This document shows positions 11,478 through 23,280 of a DNA stretch of 64,000 nt, piece after piece. The notes beneath the pieces are model-generated. The model saw only the letters and a list, made by a program, of their open reading frames with translations. It was not told where the DNA came from and did no database searches. The translations under genes were made by a program, and so were the position numbers. Source of the stretch: Octopus sinensis (lineage: Eukaryota); assembly GCF_006345805.1 (NCBI RefSeq), contig NC_043004.1, positions 50,344,001-50,408,000 on the forward strand, given 5' to 3'. Position 1 is the stretch's first letter. Every line of letters begins with the position of its first letter.

Positions 11478-11894
11478 TGTAACGGTAGTGTTATGTTAAA
11501 GGTGAAGATGATATTGATGCTGATTCCAAGAAAGAAAGACGGTGGTTGGAGTTGTAGATGACATATTTTTTATTCACCATTACATATAATTAAAGCCAAA
11601 CCACGACGGGAAAGCGTGTATAAAAAGAGTTGGAAAGTATACGAGGTAACGAGAATTATATTTTCTTGTAAAAGGATAGATAGCGTTGGACTTACTTATT
11701 TCCTGTCGTTCTAGCAGCCGTAACTAAATAGACCAGGTCATATTGTCGAAAGTGAGCGAGTGAGAAAGTAAAAGAGTGGTGGACAACTGTATCGCTGGTG
11801 AATTCCATAGCTGTCCCTCTTTGACGTTCTGTCGAGACCGTATTTCGTTCATGCCGGTCGGCCTCCTCTCTGTTGGTCGGTCTCACTCACTGCA
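11478..11894 (-). mobile_element. Putative solo-LTR-like element, copy 1
   Basis: Homologous to 18735-19112 (shared aaaccacgacggg, attttcttgta, gaaagtgagc, ccatagNtgtccctct, tttcgttca..gccggtc). The minus strand runs TG...CCGTTACA with AATAAA ~90 nt before the end. Confidence 0.4.
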
Positions 11895-12337
11895 TTTTCT
11901 TTACAAAATGCTGGTATTTATAATTGTGCAGACTAGCTAGGAAAATGGATATACCGTTATAACAATGGCTAAATTAATGTAGGTCAAATTTTGTTTATCT
12001 AAACTTTCAATGGTATAGCAAGGTCCTGGCGCAAACGGGAAACACATTAATCAGCGTTCCCTTTTGACAGGACAATAGGCCGTATGATTGGGGAGAATTT
12101 CGAGATTCGGTTTTGAATCTAAAGCAGACCGGGTCAAACGAGTTCCTACATTTATATATAAATTATTAAGGTGGCTTATTCGCAATTTTTACAACCAAAA
12201 GGCACAAGTATAGACGCCACTAGCGTGATTAAGGGTGCTAGTCAGCACTGGGACTGCTAAAAGTAAAAGTAGGAACGACTCTTAGTAACGGGAAGCACTT
12301 ATCTAAAGACTGACAAGGGAGATCAGCTCCCTACAAC

Positions 12338-12385
12338 AGCCAGATCACCGATGATTTCGGATTTGATTGATACTCATCAGTGGCT
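12338..12385 (-). ncRNA. Type I hammerhead ribozyme motif
   Basis: Minus strand: AGCCA-CTGATGA-GTATcaatcaaATCC-GAAA-TCAtcggTGA-TC-TGGCT. Stem I 5 bp, intact core, stem II with one mismatch, AUC cleavage triplet. Confidence 0.8.
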
Positions 12386-12451
12386 CTCACCCGGCCTCCC
12401 TTGTCAGTCATTCCTGTGACTAAGAGTTGTTCTGCCTCTTATTTCTAGCAA

Positions 12452-12670
12452 TACCTATTTCTTTACTACCCACAAGGGGCTAAAGACAGAGAGGACAAAC
12501 GGATTAAATCGATTATATCGACCCCAGTGCGTAAATGGTACTTATTTAATCGACCCCGAAAGGATGAAAGGCAAAGTCGACCTCGGCGGAATTTGAACTC
12601 ACAACGTAGCGGCAGACGAAATACGGCTACGCATTTCGCCCGGCGTGCTAACGATTCTGCCAGCTCGCCA
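12452..12670 (-). mobile_element. SINE family B
   Basis: Matches 10301-10523. Confidence 0.85.
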
Positions 12671-13012
12671 GCACCCTTAGTCACCTTAGTAACGTCTCTC
12701 CACCCCCTCTCTCTCTATATATATATATTAAGATTCAGTTGAATTAGGTACCTAAGTTGAGGCGCCAAGTCAGTCCAGTATTGTCCGCAGAGCTCGAAAT
12801 TAGCTGAATAAAAGGCAAATAAGTAACAAGGATGTCCAGAATGAAAATCTATATGGTCTTATGCTTCCGAGGAGAGCGGATTATTTCAAATTGATGTAAT
12901 GCTTGCATCAATCAATTAAACTGAGCCGCTTGAAACGGCCGTAATGCACTAATGCATGGACATCGCTGGTACTTATTTGCTTTATATATGTGTGTGTGTG
13001 CGCGTGCGTGTG

Positions 13013-13085
<73 letters not shown>

Positions 13086-13143
13086 TGTACATTCCAAAAT
13101 GTAACTACACGTGGACTGTTGGCGACTTTTCCCTCCTTCTTCC

Positions 13144-13180
13144 TGTTTCTGAAGAAGGGCTTTGCTCGAAACGTAAAACA
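13144..13180 (+). ncRNA. Minimal type I hammerhead ribozyme motif in a PLE-like terminal fragment
   Basis: TGTTT-CTGAAGA-A-GGGCtttGCTC-GAAA-CG-TA-AAACA. Stem I 5 bp, stem II 4 bp, palindromic ACGT stem III, GUA triplet. Confidence 0.8.
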
Positions 13181-13582
13181 ACCACTTTTTCTTTCCTTCT
13201 CTGAGCGTCTCATTAATACTTTGCATGTTGCACGTCCGCGCGTTGTTGTTTTTTTCTTCTCTTTTTTTCTCCGTTTTTTTAAAATTATATATATCTAGTA
13301 TATATAAATCACAGTGTGTGCGTATATATTGACTAACGTTTACAGTTCCACAATTCTCAACCGATTTTCACCAAACTTTACACACACGTAAATGGACAAA
13401 CCGGGGAAAAAACGGTGGTTTACACGTGTTTTTCTCTAATTTGTTGTATGTACATAGTTTTTTTAATGTAGGGTCTTCCATACTTTTTAAATCTGTATGG
13501 TCGTATATTGGCATTACAGAATATTTTTTCGTCGTTTTCTCATTGTTTTGATTTATTATTTATTTATATGTTGCAATTTATT

Positions 13583-13805
13583 TTTTACTTGTTTCAGTCA
13601 TTTGACTGCGGCCATGCTGGAGCACCGCCTTTAGTCGAGCAAATCGACCCCGGGACTTATTCTTTGTAAGCCCAGTACTTATTCTATCGGTCTCTTTTTG
13701 CCGAACCGCTAAGTTACGGGGACGTAAACACACCAGCATCGGTTGTCAAGCAATGCTAGGGGGACAAACACAGACACATAAACACACACACACATATATA
13801 TATAT

Positions 13806-13884
<79 letters not shown>

Positions 13885-14049
13885 TACGACAGGCTTCTTT
13901 CAGTTTCCGTCTACCAAATCCACTCACAAGGCTTTGGTCAGCCCGAGGCTATAGCAGAAGACACTTGCCCAAGATGCCACGCAGTGGGACTGAACCCGGA
14001 ACCATGTGGTTGGTAAGCAAGCTACTTACCACACAGCCACTCCTGCGCC
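13583..14049 (-). mobile_element. SINE family A, full length
   Basis: Complete body, internal (TA)n and head ending ccacacagccactcctgcgcc. Confidence 0.92.
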
Positions 14050-14748
14050 TATTGTATATTATTACTTTCTATATTTTTTTCATATGTGTAACAGTGTGTA
14101 TTGTATGAATGTTTCGGTTAGAGGATATTATAAAAGTGAAAGGATTTTGTCTATTTATTTATTTCGATTCTGGACCCACGACGGTGATTAAATTGGCTAG
14201 GAACACTGTACGCGATGAATATCCAATAACAAACTATTTTAATCTCCTTATTTAAACTGCTTTAAATTTTGGCAATCTTACCTTTACCTAGTCTGAGTTA
14301 CTTGAAATGTGGTGTTCCCTTCCCTATCTTTTATTTGTTGATACTTTCGTTTACCTACCATTGCGTTGATTCACTTTAAGGAAGCTTATTTACCCATCCA
14401 TTATGATATGTTGACTGTTGTCCATTGTTTCAAATATGTTTTAGCATTGTTGTTCCAGCCATTTTTAATCAATCACAAGAAATTTCGCTTTCATGTAAAA
14501 CAACTTTATTTTGTAGTCATTATCCGTAATCTACTCCCCAAACACTTCAGTAGGTCTACTCTGTATCACTTGCAAACTTATATGATCTATGATCATTAAA
14601 GTGCAATGTCCTCCACAATAACCAGCCTTCAATTTGGTTTTCCGTTCCTAAGTTAATCGGAAGCATAGATTGTCATGCTACTCATAAATCTTGGTGAAAA
14701 AAATACTTAAACTATCCAAAGGACAGGTGCGTTTGCTGGTATATGTAT

Positions 14749-15165
14749 ATATTTCTTTATTGCCCACAGGGGGCTAAACATAGAGGGGACAAATAAGGAC
14801 AGACAAAGGGATTAAGTCGAGTACATCGACGCCAGTGCGTAACTGGTGCTTATTTAATCGACCCCGAAAGGATGAAAGGCAAAGTTGACCTCGGTGGAAT
14901 TCGAGCTCAGAATGTAACGGCAGACGAAATACCTATTTCCTTACTACCCACAAGAGGCTAAACACAGAGGGGACAAACAAGGACAGACAAAGGGATTAAG
15001 TCGAGTACATCGACCGCAGTGTGTAACTGGTACTTATTTAATCGACCCCGAAAGGATGAAAGGCAAAGTCGACCTCGGTGGAATTTGAACTCAGAACGTA
15101 ACGGCAGACGAAATACCACTACCCATTTCGCCCGGCGTGCTAACGATTCTGCCAGCTCGCCGCCC
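14749..15165 (-). mobile_element. Two tandem SINE family B copies
   Basis: The family B body repeats at ~14749 and ~14933. Confidence 0.85.
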
Positions 15166-15197
15166 TATGTATGTATGTATGTATGTATGTAAGTATG

Positions 15198-15239
<42 letters not shown>

Positions 15240-15610
15240 GAGTTTAAGGGGATATATTATCCTGGTGTTACCGTGTTTCCTCTTAATTCGGTTTCAAATG
15301 CCGGCTAACCATAATGGTCCTTTTGTGGTACCCAAGCTAACAATAAGTTGCTCGGCTCTAGTTACTTTTCCGTTGGGTAAATCTGAGTGTCCTGTTCAGG
15401 ACTGCATATTTTCTGCAGAGTAAGTAATAATATTAATACTATTGGATATGCATATTCAGCCAGTGTGCAGTTGCTGCAGTTGAAACACGTGTAGGTCTCA
15501 TAAAGGTGATATAAATAACTGTTAAATAAAATTATGAATGTGAAAAATTTCCGTTCTCCTTAACCTTATTAATACTATATTTATATATATATATATATAT
15601 ATATTCTATA

Positions 15611-16197
15611 TTTGGCCCAGTGCGTTCACAGCAGCCATATTCCTACCGCTCTATGTCACGCTGGTGAGACCCATATTGGAGTACGGGATTCAAGCCTCTT
15701 CTCCTTATTTCCTCAAAGACATACTGCATCTCGAAAGAGTCCAGAAGCTGGCTACCCGCATGGTTCTTGGTCTCAAGAATTTGTCTTATGAAGAAAGGCT
15801 GAAGACGCTCGACCTTTATTCTCTAGAAAAACGACGACGCCGTGGAGATCTCATTCTTGCTCACAACATCATAAGCGGAAAGTGTAACCTCTCGAAAGAG
15901 CTGTTCTTCACTTCTGCTCCAGAGCGTCGGCTGCGGGGTCATTCCGAAAAGCTCTATCTGCGACGATTTCATCTCAATCGAAGGAGAGGGGCTTTCTCCG
16001 TCCGGGTTGCGGATCCGTGGAATAAGCTGCCAGACGAGATGGTGAAGATGCCGACGACCGCTCGGTTCACAGTCTCCCTTGACCTCAAGTGGCCTGAACT
16101 CTTTACATGAACACCACCCTGTACATAACTCCATGTCCCCCTACATGGCCTTGCTTTTTGCCTTTTGAGCCAAAAAAATTTACTAACATAACTAACT
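15611..16197 (+). mobile_element. CR1-clade LINE 3' fragment
   Basis: LYVTLVRPILEYGIQASSPYFLKDILHLERVQKLATRMV...LDLYSLEKRRRRGDLI...RLRGHSEKL, followed by a 3'UTR ending in an actaac-like tail. Confidence 0.9.
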
Positions 16198-16699
16198 ATG
16201 ACTTTGTTGGTCAGCTACTGTACTTCATTCACCAAGACTGTGACTTGAAGTTCAGCCATTCATACTTTTCACTGTTATTTAAATAACGGTGTAGTGCAGT
16301 ATATTAAAATAAAATTTGTTAAAAGTTTTACAAAAATAGTTGTGCAGTAGCAGATTGACATCATAGATATCTTTGATTCTACTTCTTAATTAAATTTATT
16401 GCCTTCTTGACGCCAGGATAAAAATAATTGTTTCTAATTTGGTTAAAAAGCTAGCAATATTGACCGGATGCGGTTAGTCGATTGCATCAACTCGTCACTG
16501 GACAGATACTTTATTTTATCGACTCCAGATAGAAGAGATGACATGTGTAAAACAAATGATATAGTTTTCAAAGATGTTCTCTCCTAAAACTACACCTTCA
16601 GTACTTACGTATGTGGAATTAAAGGTTTCAGAAAAATTTCCACAGGTACTGCTTTTGTATGACACAAAAGTGGTTTATGCAGAAATTATTATAGACTCA

Positions 16700-16856
16700 G
16701 AAGTGGCTGTGCGGTGAGAAGCTTGCTTTCCAATCATATGGTCCGAGTTCAGTCCCACAATGTGGCACCGCGAGCAAGTGTCTTCTACTGTAACCTCAGG
16801 CCGACCAAAGCCTTGTGAGTGGATTTGGTAGACAGACACTCTAAGAAGCACGTCGC
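16700..16856 (+). mobile_element. SINE family A head, diverged
   Basis: gtggctgtgcggtgagaagcttgc...gagttcagtcccac. Confidence 0.75.
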
Positions 16857-17395
16857 ATGTATATGTACATCCATCCATCCATCCATCCATCCATCCATCC
16901 ATCCATCCATACATACATACATACATACATGAAATGTAAATGAGTAACATAGATGCATGTTTCAATTCATTGCGGCCGTTTCGAGCGACTCCTTTAATTG
17001 ATCAATGAAAGCATTACACCATTACAAAGAAAACCCTTCTTATCAGATGACCGCATAGACTTCCAGCATAAAGGACAAGTTAGATATTTAAATATATTCA
17101 TATCATCACTACAAGAGAGCAAATATTTATAATGATTCCGCTACTAAATGTTTTGGCAGAATGAAAAAAAAGACAGTACAGCAACAAACAAACTAGAAAT
17201 TAGCGTAGGCTAAACAGAGTGAGTATGAATGAGAGTAGTGACCCTGTTATCTACGCATCGAAGACAATTGAGAGAATGTAGTGTTCAAAATATCTAAAAT
17301 TAGATCTTTGGGGGAGTTAAAAATTAAATAGTATCATGACATACCGTTCTACTATCAAAGAAAATGGAATTTTATATCCAGATGTAAAGTATGTA

Positions 17396-17784
17396 TACTC
17401 TTTACTCTCTTTTACTTGTTTCAGTCATTTGACTGCGGCCATGCTGGAGCACCGCCTTTAGTCGAGCAAATCGAACCCGGGACTTATTCTTTGTAAGCCC
17501 AGTACTTATTCTATCGGTCTCTTTTTGCCGAACCGCTAAGTTACGGGGACATAAACACACCAGCATCGGTTGTCAAGCAATGCTAGGGGGACAAACACAG
17601 ACACACACGCTTATATATATATGTACATATATACGACAGGCTTCTTTCAGTTTCCATCTACCAAATCCACTCACAAGGCATTGGTCGGCCCGGGACTATA
17701 GCAGAAGACACTTGCCCAAGATGCCACACAGTGGGACTGAACCCGGAATCACGTGGTTGGTTAGCAAGCTACTTACCACACAGC
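17396..17784 (-). mobile_element. SINE family A
   Basis: Body plus head. A diverged plus-strand body follows at ~17835-18035. Confidence 0.9.
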
Positions 17785-18069
17785 TATACGTATATGTATA
17801 TATGTGTGTGTATTTGTGTATGTATTGGTCCCTTTGCACCCCCATCACCGCTTGACAACCGGTGTTGGTGTGTTTACGTCCCCATAACCTAGCGGATCGG
17901 TAAAAGGGACTGATATTTTAAATGCAAGGCTTTTAAAAAGAAGTTACTGCGGCTGATTCATTCGACTAAAATTCCTCAAGGTATTGCTACGGCATGGCCG
18001 CGGCCTAATGACTGAAACAAATAAAAAATAAAAGATTAAACATGAAAGAAATGTCCAAGGATGTAGACG

Positions 18070-18425
18070 TGACTGTGGGGTTAAGAAGAACAACTTCCCA
18101 ACTATATGATTTCGGAATCGCTCTGTACGGCGCCTAAGTTAATTATCTTCTGCTACAGCCTCGAGTGTGTTGTGTTCTTGAGCAAGACACTTTATTTCAC
18201 GTTGTTCCAGTTCACTCAGCTGTAGAAATGAGTTGCGACATCACTGGTGCCAAGCTATGTCAGCGTTTATCTATCCTTTGGACATCAGTGGCGTGGAGAG
18301 AGGAAACCGGTATGCATGGGTGAGTGCTGGTCTTCCACAAGTAGCCTTGCCCTGACTTGTACTTCGGAGGGGAACTTTCTGGGTGCGATCCCATGGCCAT
18401 TCGTAACCAAAGGGTGTCTTAACCC
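18070..18425 (+). mobile_element. Third SINE type (family C), diverged
   Basis: Degenerate tRNA-like start, then gttcttgagcaagacactttatttcacgttgttccagttcactcagctgtagaaatgag, a conserved-core SINE-like motif. Confidence 0.55.
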
Positions 18426-18734
18426 TTTTTACAGCATCGAGTAGACCAGATAGAGACTTGTGGACAGAATCTGTATGGTGGCTCGTCAGGGAAACAATTT
18501 TTGTTTACGAGTGATAGTTTCACATAACACCAGCACCTGGCCATTGGCTGCTTTTTCTGAAGATCACTCTGTAACGGTAAATGTTCGGATAGTTGTAACG
18601 ATATATTTTAGGTGGGGTCAGAGATCACCATTTGTAACGGTTTGTATTATGATAATTGTTGGGATATGTATTGGAGTCGACAGTTACCAGTTGTAACGGT
18701 TGATACTGTAATTCGTCTTGAGTGGTTATCCAAA

Positions 18735-19112
18735 TGTAACGGGTGTCGATGTTGCAGATGTGCAAGATGAAAGAACAGTGATCGAAGTTGTAAACAAATA
18801 TTTATTATTGTTACTTTGTAATATAGCGAAACCACGACGGGCTGGTGCAATATAATTCGTAAAGCATGCGAGATAAAGAGAGACATCGTAGATTTTCTTG
18901 TATAGGTGTGTTTGGGTTCTCGTCATTGTGTAATAGTAAACCACAGATAGAGATAGGGTAATGTTGTAGAGAAAAGAAAGTGAGCCAGTAAAAGTGGGAA
19001 TGGTGGGACGAAACAACTGCTTTGTTTGGTGAGTTACCATAGTTGTCCCTCTGTCTTTTCATTAAGAGACGGCGTTTCGTTCAGCCGGTCAGCCAGACTC
19101 GATTCTCACTAA
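18735..19112 (-). mobile_element. Putative solo-LTR-like element, copy 2
   Basis: Diverged homologue of 11478-11894. Confidence 0.4.
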
Positions 19113-19299
19113 TTTCTTTATTTGCCAATAGATGGCTCACATAAAAGGGATAGCACAAGGACAAAACAAAAACATTTAGGGACTGGGGTTATATATTAGT
19201 TACTTCGTATAAAAAGTCAGATATAATGAAATCGAATGGATTTAAAGAATACAATGAAATAGAAAAGAATTAAATGAATTAAGAATTAAATGATAATAT

Positions 19300-20980
19300 A
19301 TTTCCCCGGGTTTATGTTCGACCCGCCGGGTTCTTTTTTCTTTTTTACTCTTTATAATAATTTTTCGTTTTTTTCTTCCGTTTATTTCCTTCTTTTTCGT
19401 TCAGACCGGCTACACGAGCGCGGCCCTATTCTCTCTCAACTTAATTACGATATTTGTCCATCTTTTCTCAAACGTTCTTTCAGGCAGGCACCTCTTCTCC
19501 AGACTGATCTCCCTGGACAGGTGGTAGTTAAAAAAACTAACCAACCGTGTCCGGAGATAAAGTTGCCTGTCTCAATTCTTCTTCCACGGGTCACCCATAA
19601 TCTCTCTTTCAATACGGCTCCTTTTTCTTGTTAAAGGAGGGAAGCGGCACAATCTTGGTGATAGATTCAGTTGATAACCGCACTCTTTCCGTATCTGACA
19701 CCAGTTGTTCGGCATAAGTTATCAATCCCACCAGTTCCTCACAATGTACGAAGGCGTGCGTGACAGTTTCACTGACACGCCTGCACCTCGGACATGTGGA
19801 TGGGGTTCCAGCACCGTGCCTTGACAACCTCTCTCGATCGGTTTGCACAACCAGGCTAGGGATTTCTGGAAGTCTCCAGATACCCCGGCCCGAACGTTCT
19901 TCCGAACAAATTGACTTGTTGTTCTTCATCGAAGCATAGAGTCCTCCAACCCGCAGGACGTCGTCGGACACGTGCTCTGCAAACTCGTTATAAAATCTGC
20001 AGTGGTAGCCCCGCTGCCGGTATTGCTCGCTCGGGAGAACAGAGGGAATGCATATCTGCACTCCCTCTGCCATTCGCTCAATTGCGGTCTCCGCGTAATC
20101 CATGCGCCTACGTCCAGCAGGGCCGTCAATTGTGGCAGGAAGAACTTGACATTCGGTGACCACACCCGTTCACTATCCAGGTAGAGCCAGAGGTGTCTCA
20201 GCATCAGCGCATACATGCGCATCGTCAGTCAAGGCATCCCTAACACACCCTTTAACGGTTTCTGGCAGCAGATGGAGCGTCTCACAAGTGGTGATTTTCC
20301 ATTCCACAAAAATCGGGAAAGGATCCGTTCCAGCTTGGTCAACCACACACCGGGGCAAGACACAACGGTTAGGCGGTAGGTTATCACAGATGCTATAAAC
20401 ACCTGTGCAACCTTGGCCCTCCCTAGCAAGGATAGCGACCTCCCAGACCAAGTCTGTATTATGGCCGTCACCTTGCCTTTGACCTCGCTCCAGTTTTTCT
20501 CCATCTGGAGATCTGGTCCAAACCAGACTCCTACGACGCTATTGGGAGACATCGACTTGCCCCTCCAGATGCCGACTGATTTTCCCTGGTTAATTTTTGC
20601 TCCTACCACCGCTTCGTATCTTTGATGGCGTCTTCTACACGAGATAGCTGCCCTTCATCAGACACAATGATGATGACATCATCCGCATATACCGTCACTC
20701 CTCTACCAAAACATAGATCACGCGGGTCTCCCTCCTTGGTCTCCAGCCTCCGCAGCAGTGGCTCAAGAACCAATACATACAGAAGCAGAGGGACAGGGGG
20801 CAGCCCTAGCGAACTGAACGCTCGATCGCGAACGCCTGCTCTATGCCTAAATGAAATCACTGCAACTCTGTTTCCAGTATTTAGGTCAGTAGGAGACTTC
20901 AGTCTCCGAATAACTTCGTTCTTTAGTTCCACCAGTCTCGAAGGTCCTGAAGAGTGTCATGGGCGTTGCACTTTCCCATG
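19300..20980 (-). mobile_element. Tx1/L1-clade LINE, 5'-truncated, frameshifted RT and C-terminal CCHC
   Basis: PLLLYVLVLEPLLRRL...VYADDVIIIV (RT). GAKINQGKSVGIW, LGVWFGP-like and SLSLLGRAKV motifs. CPRCRRVSETVTHAFVHC zinc knuckle. A 3'UTR follows below 19609. Confidence 0.88.
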
Positions 20981-21225
20981 ACTCATTCAAAATAAATAGT
21001 TTTCCGGTATCAGCGAATACATACGTGTAATGTGTGCGCGCGTGCGTGCGTGCGTATGTGTGTGTGTGTGTTGTGTGTGTGTGTGTGTGTGTGCGCGCGT
21101 ATGTGTAATTAAATATATGGTGTAGGCCGTGATCAACATATGCATGTGTTCCAGTATAGTCCTAGCCACTAACTCAAACGAAGAAAAGCGTATATAATAA
21201 ACAAAATGACACGCATATTAACAAT

Positions 21226-21395
21226 TATGAGAGGGGCTGCTGAAAAATTCCTGCCTTTCAGGGTGTCGCGAAAGGCCTGGTTGGAGGCCCAAACTTCCTG
21301 GTTCTTTTACAGGGCTTTAAGACAAACTGAAGGACCGCTGCAACAAGTGCGTGGATCTGACAGGGGAATATGTTGGATAAAAATCTTAATTAACA
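21226..21395 (+). mobile_element. Short mariner derivative: TIR plus transposase C-terminal remnant
   Basis: gaggggctgctgaaaaattcct TIR-like start and RCNKCVDLTGEYVG*. Same family as 24840-25021. Confidence 0.6.
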
Positions 21396-21397
21396 TA

Positions 21398-21804
21398 GGC
21401 GCAGGAGTGGCTGTGTGGTAAGTAGCTTGCTACCCAACCACATGGTTGCGGGTTCAGTCCCACTGCGTGGCATCTTGGGCAAGTGTCTTCTGCTATTGCC
21501 CCGGGCCGACCAATGCCTTGTGAGTGGATTTGGTAGACGGAAACTGAAAGAAGCCCGTCGTATATATGTATATATATATATGTATGTATGTGTGTGTGTG
21601 TTTGTGTGTCTGTGTTTGTCCCCCTAGCATTGCTTGACAACCGATGCCTGTGTGTTTACGTCCCTGTCACTTAGCGGTTCGGCAAAAGAGACCGATAGAA
21701 TAAGTACTGGGCTTACAAAGAATAAGTCCCGGGGTCGACTTGCTCGACTAAAGGCGGTGCTCCAGCATGGCCGTAGTCAAATGACTGAAACAAGTAAAAG
21801 AGTA
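21398..21804 (+). mobile_element. SINE family A, full length
   Basis: ggcgcaggagtggctgtgtggtaagtagcttgc ... atgactgaaacaagtaaaagagta. Confidence 0.92.
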
Positions 21805-21904
21805 ACTGATCCTCCTCTATTTCCTTTTACTCTAAGCCAGCAACTTTTCAGCACCACCTTGTATAAGTACGCTTGTTATTTTCTTTTTTTTTTTTTCTTC
21901 TTTA

Positions 21905-22085
21905 CTATAGGCACAAGTCCTGAAATTTTGGAGGAGGGAGCAGTCGAATACATCGACTCCCGTGTTCGACTGATATTTATTTTATCAACCCCGAAAGGAT
22001 GAGAGGCAAAGTCGATCTCGCAGTAATTTGAACTCAGAACGTAAAGTTGGATGAAATGTCGCCTAACATGCTACTAGCTCGCCAC
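21905..22085 (-). mobile_element. SINE family B, diverged
   Basis: atcaaccccgaaaggatgagaggcaaagtcgatctcggcagtaatttgaactcagaacg. Confidence 0.7.
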
Positions 22086-22221
22086 TTTAAGTGTATGTTA
22101 ATTTTAAAGGAATTTGAAAGATGATAACATCATTTATTCCCAACTAATTGTAGAGTTAAATCTCTTATTAGTTTTGACCGCGGCATTCAGTTATGACCAA
22201 CGGATTACATATGTATGAATA

Positions 22222-22305
22222 TACAGTAACTCCTCGACTATCGCGGATGTTAAGTTCCAAAACCCACCCGCGATAGGTGAAAATCTACGAGGTAGAAACA
22301 GTACT
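22222..22305 (+). mobile_element. pogo/Tigger-like MITE end
   Basis: TA-cagtaactcctcgactatcgcggatgttaagttccaaaacccacccgcgatag resembles Tigger termini. Confidence 0.5.
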
Positions 22306-22306
22306 G

Positions 22307-22736
22307 TACTCTTACTCTTTACTCTTTTACTTGTTTCAGTCATTTGACTGCGGCCATGATGGAGCACCGCCTTTAGTCGAGCAAATCGACCCCAGGACTT
22401 ATTCTTTGTAAGCCCAGTACTTATTCTATCGGTCTCTTTTGCCGAACCGCTAAGTAACGGGGACATAAACACACCAGAATTGGTTGTCAAGGGGGACAAA
22501 CGCAGACACACAAACACATACATATATATATACATACATATATATATATACATATATATATATACATATATACGACAGGCTTCTTTCAGTTTCCGTCTAC
22601 CAAATCCACTCACAAGGCATTGGTCGGCCCGGGGCTATAGCAGAAGACACTTGCCCAAGATGCCACGCAGTGGGACTGAACCCGGAACCATGTGGTTGGT
22701 TAGCAAGCTACTTACCACACAGCCACTCCTGCGCCT
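22307..22736 (-). mobile_element. SINE family A, full length
   Basis: Complete body and head. Confidence 0.92.
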
Positions 22737-22896
22737 ATATTTATACTGTACTGTATATATTTTTTCATTATTTTTATAATTTGTATATATTTATTTTGTT
22801 ATAAATGTAAAACAACACACCACGGTAGAATCGAAGTAAGCTTAAACCGCGAAAGATGAACCGCGATATGGCGAGTGATTACTCTATGTACATATG

Positions 22897-23280
22897 GATG
22901 GAAGCACTCCGTCGGTTACGACGATGAGGGTTCCGATTGATCCGATCAACGGAACAGCCTGCTCGTGAAATTAACGTGTAAGTGGCTGAGCACTCCACAG
23001 ACACATGTACCCTTAACGTAGTTCTCGGGGATATTCAGCGTGACTCAGAGAGTGACAAGGCAGGCCCTTTGAAATACAGGTACAACAGAAACAGGAAGTA
23101 AGAGTGAGAGAAAGTTGTGGTGAAAGAGTACAGCAGGGATCACCACCATCCCTGCCGGAGTCTCGTGGAGCTTTAGGTGTTTTCGCTCAATAAACACTCA
23201 CAACGCCCGGTCTGGGAATCGAAACCGTGATCCTATGACCGCGGGTCCGCTGCCCTAACCACTGGGCCATTGCTCCTCCT
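22897..23280 (-). mobile_element. tRNA(Arg)-like-headed SINE, family D1
   Basis: Minus-strand head ggagcaatggcccagtggttagggcagcggacccgcggtcataggatcacggtttcgattccc, followed by a distinct body. Confidence 0.8.

Noticed and set aside
19070-19095. ctgaccggctgaacgaaacgccgtc (minus strand; homologue at ~11845-11870) as an LTR-borne hammerhead
   Set aside because: The core deviates at G8/A9, and no stem II or stem I pairing is found.
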